Below, in pieces: positions 49,194 to 59,248 of a stretch of DNA of 64,000 nt. The stretch is taken from assembly GCA_963719515.1 (NCBI GenBank), contig CAVRCJ010000010.1:352001-416000 (forward strand), read 5' to 3'. The position numbers were made by a program, and so were the translations under genes. Source of the DNA: an uncultured cyanobacterium. Lineage in GTDB: Bacteria; Cyanobacteriota; Cyanobacteriia; CAKZMO01. The notes under the pieces are model-generated. The model saw nothing but the letters and a program-made list of their open reading frames with translations. It searched no databases and was not told where the DNA came from. Positions within the stretch are counted from its first letter, which is position 1, and every line of letters begins with the position of its first letter.

Positions 49194-49598
49194 ATGCCTT
49201 CACTCTATGCCCATAGCGGCCAGGCGATTGGTCTGCACTGTATTCTCGAGCTACAGGGCTGCCCCGTAGCGTTGCTGAACGACAAAGATTTTGTTTGCCA
49301 AAGCCTGAGAGAGGCGGCACGCAAAGCCAACTCCACCCTCCTAAATGAGATTTGCCACTGCTTTGAACCTCAAGGAATTACGGCGCTGGCGCTATTGGCC
49401 GAGTCCCATATCTCGATTCACACTTGGCCAGAGGCAGGGTACGCGGCGGTAGATGTATTCACCTGCGGCCAGAACACGACGCCCCGGCCAGCGTGCCAAT
49501 ATTTGGTTCAGGCGCTGCAGGCTACCCACCACACCCTGCAGATCATCGACAGAGGCTCCGGTATTCCAGCGACGGCCGCGCCTAACAAAATATCATGA
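49194..49598 (+). CDS. speD: S-adenosylmethionine decarboxylase proenzyme (short, class 1b)
   Basis: FEPQG, LLAESHISIHTWPE, DVFTCG. Confidence 0.9.
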   Translation: MPSLYAHSGQAIGLHCILELQGCPVALLNDKDFVCQSLREAARKANSTLLNEICHCFEPQGITALALLAESHISIHTWPEAGYAAVDVFTCGQNTTPRPACQYLVQALQATHHTLQIIDRGSGIPATAAPNKIS

Positions 49599-50593
49599 CC
49601 GGCATCCCCCTTGAGGCCAACTTTTGGCTGAGTGAATACATCACGCCGTGGGATCTCTACGCTCACGGCATCACCCGCGTCTTCGTTCAGAAAAAAACTG
49701 AGTTTCAAGACATGGCGATCGTGGAATCAGGCGCTTATGGAAAAGCGCTGGTTCTCGATGGGAAATGGCAATCCTGCACGGGGGATGAGTTTTTGTATCA
49801 CGAGGGGCTCGTCCATCCGGCGATGGTGATGCAGACGAGACTAGCGTCGGGCAATGGTACGCAACGTGGGCCTCGCCGGGTGCTGGTGCTGGGTGGGGGG
49901 GAAGGGGCCACCCTGCGGGAGGTCCTGCGCTGGCGAAGCGTGGAGCAGGTGGTAATGGTGGATATTGACGGTGAGGTGGTGAACTGCTGTCGGGAATACC
50001 TGCCGGAGATGCATCAGGGGGCGTTCGAAGATGTCCGCACAACGGTAGTCATTGAGGATGCGATCGCCTTTGTAGACCGGTGGATAACGGCCATGGCCGA
50101 TGACGGGGCACCCCCGTGGGACGTGATTATCTCTGACCTCAGCGACCCCATCGAGTCAGGGCCCGCGTTTCCGCTATTTACGCAAGAGCATTTTCACAAT
50201 CTGCGGCAGATTGTTTCCCCTGTAGGGGTTTTGGCGCTGCAGGCTGGTCCCACGGCCCCCCCAGAGCTGCATCTGCATACCCGTCTCGCCCACACCGTTA
50301 GCACGGTGTTTTCTGCCGTGCAGTCCTATACCTGCTACGCCATGAGCTTCGGCTCGCCGCTGGGGTTCCTCTTGGCGTCAATGCAGCCGCTGCCGACGCG
50401 GCTGGAGCCGACAGCTGTGGATGCGCTGTTGGCGGGAGTCACCGGGGAGCTTCGGGCCGTGGACGGGGAGGCTCTGCTGGGGATGCTCAATATCCCTCGT
50501 CACCTGCGGCAGGCGATCGCAGCGGAGACGCAGGTATATACCATGAGCGCGCCGCCCCAGCCGCTAGGCCGGGGCTCCATGAATATCCGCTGA
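49595..50593 (+). CDS. speE: Polyamine aminopropyltransferase (spermidine synthase family)
   Basis: LVLDGKWQS, DEFLYHE, LVLGGGEGATLRE, VDIDGEV; ATGA overlap with speD. Confidence 0.88.
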   Translation: MTGIPLEANFWLSEYITPWDLYAHGITRVFVQKKTEFQDMAIVESGAYGKALVLDGKWQSCTGDEFLYHEGLVHPAMVMQTRLASGNGTQRGPRRVLVLGGGEGATLREVLRWRSVEQVVMVDIDGEVVNCCREYLPEMHQGAFEDVRTTVVIEDAIAFVDRWITAMADDGAPPWDVIISDLSDPIESGPAFPLFTQEHFHNLRQIVSPVGVLALQAGPTAPPELHLHTRLAHTVSTVFSAVQSYTCYAMSFGSPLGFLLASMQPLPTRLEPTAVDALLAGVTGELRAVDGEALLGMLNIPRHLRQAIAAETQVYTMSAPPQPLGRGSMNIR

Positions 50594-50659
50594 TTCCCCG
50601 ACAGCACGGTTGAGGATGGTTTAAGCCCTAAGTTCGCACACCTTCAAACGGAGACCGCC

Positions 50660-51040
50660 ATGGCGATTCAGACAACCCAGATGCTCCACACCGCGCTGCT
50701 AATTAGCGACCTCGAACGCGCCGAGGCGTTCTACGAGAGTGTCCTTAGCCTGGCTAAAATCGAGCGTTCCCTGTCCTATGCGGGAGCCTGGTACGCCGTG
50801 GGAGACTCCCAGCTGCACCTGATCGTTGCCGAGACCCTGGCACCCCAAGAGGCTCACCCGAAGTGGGGCCGACGCCCGCATTTAGCGATCGCCATTCCCG
50901 ACCTCGATGCGGCGATCGCCCACCTCAATGCGGCCCACTGCCCGCTGCAGATGAGTGCCTCAGGGCGGCGGGCGCTGTTTGTACAGGACCCGGACGGCAA
51001 TATCATCGAGCTGACGGAGCAGCTCTCAGCAGCGTCTTAG
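50660..51040 (+). CDS. VOC/glyoxalase-family protein
   Basis: HTALLISDLERAEAFY, QLHLI, GRRPHLA, QDPDGNIIEL. Confidence 0.9.
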   Translation: MAIQTTQMLHTALLISDLERAEAFYESVLSLAKIERSLSYAGAWYAVGDSQLHLIVAETLAPQEAHPKWGRRPHLAIAIPDLDAAIAHLNAAHCPLQMSASGRRALFVQDPDGNIIELTEQLSAAS

Positions 51041-51042
51041 GT

Positions 51043-51705
51043 CTAGCGCTTTAGCGCCAGGGTCAGTCCGTCGGCGATGGGCAGCAGGCAGGGAAAAACC
51101 CGCTCGTCGCCGTGAATCTTATCGTTGAGGGCGCGGATAATTGAGGTGCGCCTGTCTTGCACGGTGGAGTCCGCGACCCGCCCCGACCAAAGCACATTGT
51201 CGATCGCAATTAAGCCTCCCGGCCTGACGAGCTGTAGCGATCGCTCGTAGTAGGCGTCGTAGTTCGACTTATCAGCGTCGATAAAGGCGGCGTCGAAGGC
51301 GTTGGCTTGGCCTTCAGAGAGCAGGCGATCGAGGGTATCAAGCGCGGGGGCGACGTGCAGGGTGATTTTGTCGGTGACCCCGGCCTGCTGCCAGTAGCGG
51401 CGGGCGATGGCGGTATACTCCTCGCTGACATCGCAGGCCACCAGCTTCCCGTGATCCGGCAGCGCTAGGGCGATCGCGGTAGAACTGTACCCCGTAAACA
51501 CCCCCACTTCTAAAACCTTTACCGCTCCCATCAGCTTTAGCAACAGCTGCAGCAGCTGCCCTTGGTCAGGCGCTACCTGCATTTGGGCCATGGGGTGCTG
51601 AGCCGTCTCATGGCGCAGCTGGGTGAGCACCGGGGGCTCTCTCAGCGAGGTCGACAGCAGATACCGGTAGAGGTCGTCGGTTAGGGGCAAGATGCGGTTT
51701 GACAT
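51043..51705 (-). CDS. SAM-dependent O-methyltransferase (caffeoyl-CoA OMT-like)
   Basis: LEVGVFTGYS, FIDADK, GGLIAIDNVLWSG, IADGLT. Confidence 0.93.
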   Translation of the reverse strand: MSNRILPLTDDLYRYLLSTSLREPPVLTQLRHETAQHPMAQMQVAPDQGQLLQLLLKLMGAVKVLEVGVFTGYSSTAIALALPDHGKLVACDVSEEYTAIARRYWQQAGVTDKITLHVAPALDTLDRLLSEGQANAFDAAFIDADKSNYDAYYERSLQLVRPGGLIAIDNVLWSGRVADSTVQDRRTSIIRALNDKIHGDERVFPCLLPIADGLTLALKR

Positions 51706-51724
51706 GGGTTACGCCGGGTTGGCG

Positions 51725-52060
51725 CTACTCCTGAAGGGATAGGGTGTCGAGCTGCTGCTCAAAGGCCTGGCGATCGCTGTAAATTCTAAATTTTTCTAGC
51801 ATGCCGGCTCGGTCTAAGCAGGTGCGAATCGGCGGCGTTAGCGAACAGAGCATCAGCGTTTTACCGACGCGGCGGGCCCGGTTACGGGCAATCATCAGCG
51901 TCCCTAGCCCGCTGCTGCCCATCTCCTGGATGTTTTGTAGGTCAATCAGCAAGTACTCTGCCCCCGTCTTTAGGCGGCTATCCACCCAGTCTAGGAGGCC
52001 CGGCGCTTCATCGGTACCAAGGGCGGTATATGCAGGTGCAAAAACGTAGGCAGTCGTCAT
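51725..52060 (-). CDS. STAS-domain protein
   Basis: LLIDLQNIQEMGSSGLGTL...LCSL...AGMLEKFRIY. Confidence 0.85.
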   Translation of the reverse strand: MTTAYVFAPAYTALGTDEAPGLLDWVDSRLKTGAEYLLIDLQNIQEMGSSGLGTLMIARNRARRVGKTLMLCSLTPPIRTCLDRAGMLEKFRIYSDRQAFEQQLDTLSLQE

Positions 52061-52167
52061 AGTTAAAAAAATCTGCTCTTCTATTGTTTCTGGCGACAGA
52101 CTGCTGCTCAGGAGGCTTTTCAGCTTAACAGGGGAAATAGAGCGCCTAGCCTAGCGATCGCGTCACC

Positions 52168-52635
52168 CTAGCTCAGGCGAGCAGTGCATTCCAAAATAAG
52201 CCGCTGATTGATAATGGCGTAAGGCTGAATTGCTAGGGCTTGCTTAAAGGTGTGGATTGCATCTTGGTACTGCCCGAGCGCGGCGTAGCAGAGGCCCAAG
52301 CCATGAAGCGCACCGAAGTGAAACGGCACCTGGTCGATGACCCGCTTGCAGTCGGCGATCGCCTTTCGATAGTCCTGACGCATGTAGTAGAGCACGGCCC
52401 GGCGGTTCCACGCCTCGGTAAAGTCAGGCTGGATCTCAATTAAATCGCTCAAGTAGCGCTCGGCTTCGTCTAAACGGCCGGCGTCGAGGGCGGTTTGGCT
52501 GCGCCGCAAACTTTCCAAACCGATTACCCCTTTTTGGTAAAACCAGGTTTGCCAAAGCTGCTGCGTAGCCTCGTCCCGAATGGCTTTGTCCGGGTGTTTG
52601 AGATCGATCAACGCCTTACTGACCTGTTCGTTCAT
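52168..52635 (-). CDS. TPR-repeat protein
   Basis: PDFTEAWNRRAVLYY, PFHFGALHGLGLC. Confidence 0.88.
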   Translation of the reverse strand: MNEQVSKALIDLKHPDKAIRDEATQQLWQTWFYQKGVIGLESLRRSQTALDAGRLDEAERYLSDLIEIQPDFTEAWNRRAVLYYMRQDYRKAIADCKRVIDQVPFHFGALHGLGLCYAALGQYQDAIHTFKQALAIQPYAIINQRLILECTARLS

Positions 52636-52896
52636 GGGAATAACCTCAACCGCGATAAACCACCGGAGCCCGAGATGCTAGCGTTCAGGGCAAGGGGAGG
52701 CCAGAACATCAGCTTCTAAGACGTTGGGGTCTGTATTCATTAAAACATTTGTGCTGAACCACCCGTTGCAATACGCAAATGCGCCCAGCGTTCTTCCTGT
52801 AGAAGCGCCTTACGAACATCCTAATTGAATAGCGCCCGGGCCCCGCCGAGCTGCTCTCTGCCTGCACGCTCAATTCTTTCAGTCAGCTCTGCTCGG

Positions 52897-53802
52897 CTAT
52901 AGGTTCCAATCCTGCTGACGGCTAAAGCGGTCTTGCAAAAAGTCAACCAACAGTCTGACTTTTGTCGATAAGTGGCGATTCACGGGATAAATTGCAGCAA
53001 TAGAGAGGTCTGACGGCTGATAGTCGGGCAGCACAACGCTTAACGCTCCCCGCTGTAGGGCTTGACCTGCAATAAACAGCGGCAATAGAGCAATGCCTAA
53101 GCCACGAACCGCCGCATCTCGCAGAACTTCCCCATTGTTAGAGCAGAGTACCCCATTCACGGCGATCGCCCGTTTCCCATTGGGGCCATTTAGCGTCCAT
53201 TCGTCTTCAACCACTAGCTGACCATAATGCAGGCAAGAATGGTGGCGCAATTCGCCAGGATCCACTGGCGTTCCGTGGGTTTCCAAGTAGCTAGGAGCAG
53301 CATAGAGCGATCGCTGAACAGGTGCTAGGGGGTGTGAAACCAAGCTAGCGCTGACCTGAGGCTCAGCAATGCGCACCGTCAGGTCAAATCCTTCCTCAAT
53401 GGGGTCAACGAAGCGATCGTTGAGCGTTAGCTGCAGCTGCAGCGCCGGGTATTGACTCAAGAAGTCGGTCAATGCGGACCCTAGGTGCAGCGTCCCAAAG
53501 GTCATAGGCGCATTGACCTTCAGCCTCCCCCTCGGCTCGTCTTGAGCCCGAATAACCGACTGTTCTGCCTCTGATAAGCGCTCTAGGATTTCTAGGCAGC
53601 GCTCGTTAAAGGCAAGCCCCGTGTCGGTTGGCGTGACGACGCGCGTGCTGCGGTGCAGCAGCTGCACCCCCAGGTCATTTTCTAAAGCAATCACGAGCTT
53701 GTTGACCTGCGATCGCGACATCCCCATCTTTCGGGCGGCAGCGGCGAAGCCCCCCGCTTCGACGACTTGAGTAAAGGCCCGCAGGCTCTCGAATTTGTCC
53801 AT
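52897..53802 (-). CDS. LysR-family transcriptional regulator (CrgA-like), divergent from pirin
   Basis: [14 protein letters not shown]...[28 protein letters not shown]. Confidence 0.95.
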   Translation of the reverse strand: MDKFESLRAFTQVVEAGGFAAAARKMGMSRSQVNKLVIALENDLGVQLLHRSTRVVTPTDTGLAFNERCLEILERLSEAEQSVIRAQDEPRGRLKVNAPMTFGTLHLGSALTDFLSQYPALQLQLTLNDRFVDPIEEGFDLTVRIAEPQVSASLVSHPLAPVQRSLYAAPSYLETHGTPVDPGELRHHSCLHYGQLVVEDEWTLNGPNGKRAIAVNGVLCSNNGEVLRDAAVRGLGIALLPLFIAGQALQRGALSVVLPDYQPSDLSIAAIYPVNRHLSTKVRLLVDFLQDRFSRQQDWNL

Positions 53803-53813
53803 AACGGCGTTAC

Positions 53814-53832
53814 TGTATTCAAATTGGATACA
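53814..53832. promoter_or_regulatory. Probable LysR-type operator (dyad containing T-N11-A)
   Basis: TGTATTC-aaatt-GGATACA in the lysR/pirin divergent spacer. Confidence 0.5.
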
Positions 53833-53960
53833 ATGCGTCTATAAAATAGCATATTGTCTTTTCTTTAGAACCAGTCCATAATTGTAATGTATTCAAAAGA
53901 GCGTGCAGGAAAAAGCCTAAGTTTTCCCACGCTTATTCTCATCAACTGGAGGCTATTGCA

Positions 53961-54665
53961 ATGATTACCCTTCGACCCGCTCAAGATCGCGGCACTGCAA
54001 ACTTTGGTTGGCTCGACAGCCGTCACACCTTCTCTTTTGGTAACTACTACGATCCCAGCCACATGGGATTCGCCGACTTGCGCGTGATCAATGAAGACAA
54101 GGTCACCCCGGGTCAAGGTTTTGGCACCCATGGACACCGCGATATGGAGATCATTTCCTACGTTCTAAAGGGGGCCCTCGAACACAGAGACAGCATTGGT
54201 ACCGGCTCAGTAATCCGGCCTGGGGACGTGCAGCGGATGTCTGCTGGAACGGGGATTCAGCACAGCGAATATAATGCTTCAAAAACGGAGCCGGTCCACT
54301 TCCTGCAGATTTGGCTTCTGCCGGAGCAGAAAAATATTGCCCCAGGCTATGAGCAAAAAACGTTTACTGAGGCGGAAAAGCAGGGTCAGCTACGGCTAGT
54401 GGGCTCTCGCGATGGTCGCGACGGCTCCATTACCATTCACCAAGACGTCAATTTCTATGCCGCTGTTCTAAACGAGGGCGATGCCGTTGACCATACCTTT
54501 GCCGAGGCGCGTGGAGCCTGGCTGCAGGTTGTCCGAGGTGCGGTGCAGCTCGATGGCCAAACCCTGACGGCTGGGGACGGCGCTGCGATCGCCCAAGAAC
54601 ACAAGATCGCGCTGCAGGGAACAGCTAATGACTCCGAAGTCTTGCTGTTTGACATGGCCGCGTGA
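53961..54665 (+). CDS. Pirin-family protein (YhhW-like)
   Basis: [44 protein letters not shown]. Confidence 0.95.
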   Translation: MITLRPAQDRGTANFGWLDSRHTFSFGNYYDPSHMGFADLRVINEDKVTPGQGFGTHGHRDMEIISYVLKGALEHRDSIGTGSVIRPGDVQRMSAGTGIQHSEYNASKTEPVHFLQIWLLPEQKNIAPGYEQKTFTEAEKQGQLRLVGSRDGRDGSITIHQDVNFYAAVLNEGDAVDHTFAEARGAWLQVVRGAVQLDGQTLTAGDGAAIAQEHKIALQGTANDSEVLLFDMAA

Positions 54666-54681
54666 GGCTAAAGAACAGCCC

Positions 54682-54716
54682 TCAACCCCTTCAAAAAAGC
54701 TTTTTGAGGGGGTTGA
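54682..54716 (+). terminator. 16-bp stem hairpin after pirin
   Basis: TCAACCCCTTCAAAAA-agc-TTTTTGAGGGGGTTGA (one G-U pair). Confidence 0.6.
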
Positions 54717-54953
54717 AGCGCATCAGGAAAGCAACGCATTTAAGCAGAACTGCTCCCGCAACATCCGGGTGTCCGACGGTGGTGTCGTCTCGGTGCTGCC
54801 AAACGCTTACAGGTCCGTGGCGTAGAAGGCCCCAAAAAGGCCCAAAACTCATTGGGATCTTCAAGTCAGACGCTCTACAGGGTTTAGCAGTTTTATTCTC
54901 GCTAAACCCTTCAAAACGCTCTGAAATCATGAAATTTTAGCTAATACCTAATA

Positions 54954-55025
54954 AGCCGATGGGGGGATTTGAACCCCCGACCGCTCGATTACGAATCGAG
55001 TGCTCTACCACTGAGCCACATCGGC
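54954..55025 (-). tRNA. trnT: tRNA-Thr(CGT)
   Basis: GCCGATG/CATCGGC acceptor stem, anticodon arm CTCGA-TTCGTAA-TCGAG, GGTTCAAATCC T-arm. Confidence 0.96.
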
Positions 55026-55101
55026 GAATGGAACCAGTTTAATATCATATCAGACCTTTTCGGCGATCGCCCTCAAATTGGCCGGTCAGCTTTTTCAGGC
55101 G

Positions 55102-56364
55102 CTACACCTCTCCCACAAGCATCACCCGAACCAGACTGCCTGCCTCGACGCGGGTTTCTCCTCGGGGCACCCGGGCGAGGGCGTTTGTCTGGCTGAGGTT
55201 TACCAAATTACCCGAGCTGTGGCTCCCTGACGACAGCTGAAACCCGTAGCCGTCCGTCGTTGCCTCAAGCCGCCCCCAAAGGTAGGTTTCCCGCTGCCCC
55301 CCCGCGCTCAAAGCTTGGGTAGCCCGAGCAGGTAAGAAAGTTGGCCCCCAGCCGGCGCTGCGGCCCGATAGCTGTCGCAAAGCGGGCTGCACGAAGCGCC
55401 AAAAGCTGACTAGCGACGAGACGGGGTTGCCCGGTAGACCAAAGTAGAGCACGGGGGAGCCGCTGGCCTGCGGGAGCGATTGGCCGCCCTGGAGGGTGGC
55501 TACCGTCAGCGGCTTACCCGGCTTGACGGCCACCGCCCGAACGTGAATTTCAGCCCCCAGCTCGGCCAAAATTTGGTCTACATAGTCGTAGTCTCCGACC
55601 GAGACCCCTCCCGTAGACAGCACCACATCGGCTTGGGCGCAGGCCTGGGCGATCGCCTGCTTGAGGGCCTCGGGGGTGTCGGCCACAATGCCCAGGGGAA
55701 TGGGTGTGGCCCCAGCGCTGCTCACCAGTGCGGCTAGAGCGTACTGATTCGAGTCAACAATTTGGCCCGGCTGCAGCGGCTGCTCCGGCGTCACTAGCTC
55801 GTTCCCCGTCGATAGAATAGCCACGCGGGGCCGACGATAGACCTGGACCTGGGGGCATTGGGCCGCTGCCAGAACGGCAATATCCGCTGCTCCTAGAGCA
55901 ATCCCCGGAGGCAGCAGCGACTCCCCCGCGCGGTGAAATGCGCCGCGATGGCGAACGAAGGCCTTCGGGTCTGGGGCCGCTAAAACTAAGACTTGCTCCC
56001 CCTGCCGCTGGGTATTTTCCTGAATAACGATGGTGTCGGCCCCCTCGGGCAGCATTCCTCCCGTAAAAATGCGGGCCGCCTGTCCGCTGGCGATCGCCTG
56101 TTGAGGGGCGTACCCGGCTGGAATTTCTTCTATCACCTGAAGCGGCTGTGGTGAGGCAGCGATCGCGGCGCGCACATCGTCGTAGCGCACCGCGTAACCA
56201 TCCATGGCGGAGTTGTCCCAGTGGGGAATATCGAGCGGGCTAATGACGGACGCGGCCAGCACTCGCCCTTGAGCCTCCCAGAGCGGCACGGTTTCTCGGT
56301 CGGCGTCGCCGAGCGGCGTCACTAGGCTAGAGATAATAGCGTCGGCTTGCTCAGCGGGTAACAT
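55102..56364 (-). CDS. moeA: Molybdopterin molybdotransferase MoeA
   Basis: DNSAMDGYA, RIFTGG, STGNEL, TGGVSVGDYD, KPGKP, LPGNPVS; ATG at 56364. Confidence 0.95.
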   Translation of the reverse strand: MLPAEQADAIISSLVTPLGDADRETVPLWEAQGRVLAASVISPLDIPHWDNSAMDGYAVRYDDVRAAIAASPQPLQVIEEIPAGYAPQQAIASGQAARIFTGGMLPEGADTIVIQENTQRQGEQVLVLAAPDPKAFVRHRGAFHRAGESLLPPGIALGAADIAVLAAAQCPQVQVYRRPRVAILSTGNELVTPEQPLQPGQIVDSNQYALAALVSSAGATPIPLGIVADTPEALKQAIAQACAQADVVLSTGGVSVGDYDYVDQILAELGAEIHVRAVAVKPGKPLTVATLQGGQSLPQASGSPVLYFGLPGNPVSSLVSFWRFVQPALRQLSGRSAGWGPTFLPARATQALSAGGQRETYLWGRLEATTDGYGFQLSSGSHSSGNLVNLSQTNALARVPRGETRVEAGSLVRVMLVGEV

Positions 56365-56587
56365 GGGGGGTCCGGGGTTGAGTAACGTCAGTGAAGGTGA
56401 ATTAGTGCGGGCGGCGCAGTGCAAGAGGTCCAGTGGTGGTCCGGTGCAACTGGCGGCAGTGAAAGAAGGGCAGTGAAAGTGACCCGGCGACGGTAGCGGA
56501 AAGCACCTCAAATTTTAGGCTTGCATAAGCTCTAGAAGCTGTGCAACAATAGTAATTTGTGTCATACAAGAACTGCTCGGAATTACT

Positions 56588-56776
56588 ATGGCTAAAGGCG
56601 TTCGAATCATCATCACGTTAGAGTGTACCGAATGTCGGTCCAACTCAAACAAGCGCTCTGCTGGGGTGTCTCGCTACACCACGACCAAAAATCGTCGAAA
56701 CACAACGGGGCGAATCGAGCTGAAGAAGTTTTGTCGGCACTGCAACACGCACACGGTTCACAAAGAAATTAAGTAG
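56588..56776 (+). CDS. rpmG: 50S ribosomal protein L33 (CxxC-containing form)
   Basis: ITLECTEC...YTTTKNRRN...[17 protein letters not shown]. Confidence 0.97.
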   Translation: MAKGVRIIITLECTECRSNSNKRSAGVSRYTTTKNRRNTTGRIELKKFCRHCNTHTVHKEIK

Positions 56777-56858
56777 GTTAGACCTCCTTAACGGTATACT
56801 TGTGCGACCCAACTAACGACTTATCAATCCAACCTGGTTTTTTCCTGATACATATCCC

Positions 56859-57074
56859 ATGAGCTATTACCGCCGCCGCGTTTCTCCCATCAGCCCCAAA
56901 GACCCCATCGACTACAAAGACGTCGAGCTGCTGAGAAAATTTATGACTGAACGGGGCAAGATCCTACCCCGCCGGATCACAGGTTTAACCGCTAAGCAAC
57001 AGCGCGATCTCACCGTTGCCGTCAAGCGAGCCCGAATCGTCGCGCTGCTGCCTTTCGTCAACCGCGAGGGATAG
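56859..57074 (+). CDS. rpsR: 30S ribosomal protein S18
   Basis: [25 protein letters not shown]...AVKRAR. Confidence 0.98.
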   Translation: MSYYRRRVSPISPKDPIDYKDVELLRKFMTERGKILPRRITGLTAKQQRDLTVAVKRARIVALLPFVNREG

Positions 57075-57164
57075 GGGCAACGTCCCCGCGCGCTTCGGCT
57101 GCTGTTGGCCCTCGAGTCAGCGCATGTTACTGTTACGCCTGGGTTCTGTTATGCCTCAACTGAT

Positions 57165-59174
57165 ATGGAGAAGGGCACGTTAGTCGAGTTTCGGCACCAG
57201 GGCGATCGCCGCCTAGGCATTGCCGATCGTCCCGAAGGAAAGAAAAACTGGGTGATTGTCGATCACCGGGGCCAGTCCTACACGGTTCAGCCCCGGCAGA
57301 TTACCTATGCCGTTTCAGGGCAGTACCTGCCGTCTGAGCTGCCTGATTTTTTGCAGAAGGTTGAAGCCCACAGCGACCCCTCTGGGCTAGAGGTGGTTTG
57401 GGAGCTGCTGAGCGATGATGGTGAAGCGGTAACCCCCGCCGAGCTGTCGGAGCTAATGTTTTCCAGCGATCGCCCTGAGCTTTGCTACGCAGCGCACGTT
57501 TTATTGTCCGACGATAAGGTTTACTTTAAGCAGAAAGGGGAGCGCTATGAACCGCGCTCTTCATCGCAAGTTGCCGACATCCGCCACCAAATGGAGATGG
57601 AGGCCAAGCGAGCCGCTGACTGGGCGGCGTTCATAGCACGAGTCACCCAAAGGCTTGAAGCGCCTAGCCAAGACGAGTTGGCTTGGCAGCCTAGCGATCG
57701 CCCCCGCCTTGACGTCCTAGAGCGTCTGGCCGTGATGGGAGACGCATCAAACACCGTTCCCGCATTGGATATCCTAGAGGCATTGGGCCGGCCCAAAACG
57801 GGGCAGGCTGCCTTTGAGCTACTCGTAGATCTGGGAGTTTGGAGTCGGCACGAAAATTTATTTCTGCGTCAGCGTCAGATTCCTGCTCAGTTTTCTCAAG
57901 AGGTACTCGCCATGGCCAGCGGCTGCATACAGAACCCCATCGCTGATGCGGACGCCGACAATCGCCTGGATCTAACCCACCTCAAGGTCTGCACCGTCGA
58001 TGACGAGAGCACCCGAGAAATCGACGACGGCCTCAGTATTGAATCGCTAGAGGACGGCGGCACGCGGCTCTGGATTCATATTGCTGACCCGACGCGATGG
58101 ATCCTGCCCGGCGACGAACTTGACCTAGAAGCTCGCCGCCGCTCTACGAGCCTGTATTTGCCCACCGGCACAGTTCCCATGTTTCCGACGGAGCTGGCGA
58201 CAGGGCCAATGAGCCTGGTGCAGGGCAAGGTCTGCTGTGCGCTGAGCTTCGGTATCGTGCTAGACCGCACGGGAGCTATTGAAGACTACCGCATTTCTCC
58301 CAGCCTGATTCGCCCCACCTATCGGCTGACCTACGACGATGTGGACGAGATTCTGCAGCTTGAGGTGGAGGCAGAACCCGAAATTCGGGCGATCGCCGAC
58401 TGGGCCGAAATTCGTCAGCAGTGGCGTCTTTCCCAGGGCGCAATCAGTATTCGCATGCCTGAAGCGATTATCAAGGTCCATGGAGATGACGTCACCATCA
58501 GCCTCCTAGAGGATTCAAGAGCCCGCCAGATGGTGGCCGAAATGATGATTCTGACGGGAGAAGTCGCCGGCCGGTATGCCCAGACCTGCGGGCTAACCGT
58601 TCCTTTTCGCGGACAGACTCAGCCCGAACTCCCCGACGAGGACGAGCTGCTGCTGCTGCCGGCTGGCCCTGTCCGCGACTGCGCCATTCGCCGCTGCATG
58701 CCCCGCAGCGAGGTCAATACCAGCCCCGTGCGCCACGCGAGCTTGGGCCTAGAGACCTACACTCAAAGCACATCCCCCATCCGCCGCTACACCGACTTGC
58801 TGGCCCATTTTCAGATCAAGGCCCACCTTCGCGGCGACTCCCTCCCGTTCGAGTCTGAAACGCTGATGGAGCTGGTGCAGTCGGTCACCTCGACGGCCTA
58901 TGAAGCGACTTTGGTGGAGCGGCAGACAAACCGCTACTGGAGCTTGGAGTACCTACGCCGCCACGAGGGCGAAGTGTGGCAAGTGCTAATGCTGAGATGG
59001 CTGCGGGAGCACGAAAACCTGGCGCTGGTCTTACTCGAAGAGCTCGGTCTAGAGGTGGCCGTAAGGCTGCAGCGCGCCGTCGAGCTCGGAGAGCGGCTTG
59101 ATCTACGCGTGACCTACGCGGACCCCCGGCAGGACGTGATTCAGTTTGCAGAGCTGACCGAATCGGCCGTCTAA
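57165..59174 (+). CDS. rnb: Ribonuclease II / RNB-domain exoribonuclease
   Basis: MEKGTLVEF start; TVDDESTREIDDGLS, HIADP, MVAEMMIL, TSPIRRYTDL. Confidence 0.93.
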   Translation: MEKGTLVEFRHQGDRRLGIADRPEGKKNWVIVDHRGQSYTVQPRQITYAVSGQYLPSELPDFLQKVEAHSDPSGLEVVWELLSDDGEAVTPAELSELMFSSDRPELCYAAHVLLSDDKVYFKQKGERYEPRSSSQVADIRHQMEMEAKRAADWAAFIARVTQRLEAPSQDELAWQPSDRPRLDVLERLAVMGDASNTVPALDILEALGRPKTGQAAFELLVDLGVWSRHENLFLRQRQIPAQFSQEVLAMASGCIQNPIADADADNRLDLTHLKVCTVDDESTREIDDGLSIESLEDGGTRLWIHIADPTRWILPGDELDLEARRRSTSLYLPTGTVPMFPTELATGPMSLVQGKVCCALSFGIVLDRTGAIEDYRISPSLIRPTYRLTYDDVDEILQLEVEAEPEIRAIADWAEIRQQWRLSQGAISIRMPEAIIKVHGDDVTISLLEDSRARQMVAEMMILTGEVAGRYAQTCGLTVPFRGQTQPELPDEDELLLLPAGPVRDCAIRRCMPRSEVNTSPVRHASLGLETYTQSTSPIRRYTDLLAHFQIKAHLRGDSLPFESETLMELVQSVTSTAYEATLVERQTNRYWSLEYLRRHEGEVWQVLMLRWLREHENLALVLLEELGLEVAVRLQRAVELGERLDLRVTYADPRQDVIQFAELTESAV

Positions 59175-59248
59175 GCGCTAATGCTAAGCGCTAATGCTAA
59201 GCGTCAATGCTAAGTGTCAATGCCAAGCGCCAACGCTAAGTGCCAATG
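59171..59248. repeat. 13-bp tandem repeat, 6 copies
   Basis: ctaagcgctaatg x2, ctaagcgtcaatg, ctaagtgtcaatg, ccaagcgccaacg, ctaagtgccaatg. Confidence 0.9.

Noticed and set aside
54628..54940. Short ORFs after pirin as an integrase or transposase fragment
   Set aside because: No catalytic motifs recognisable in any frame.
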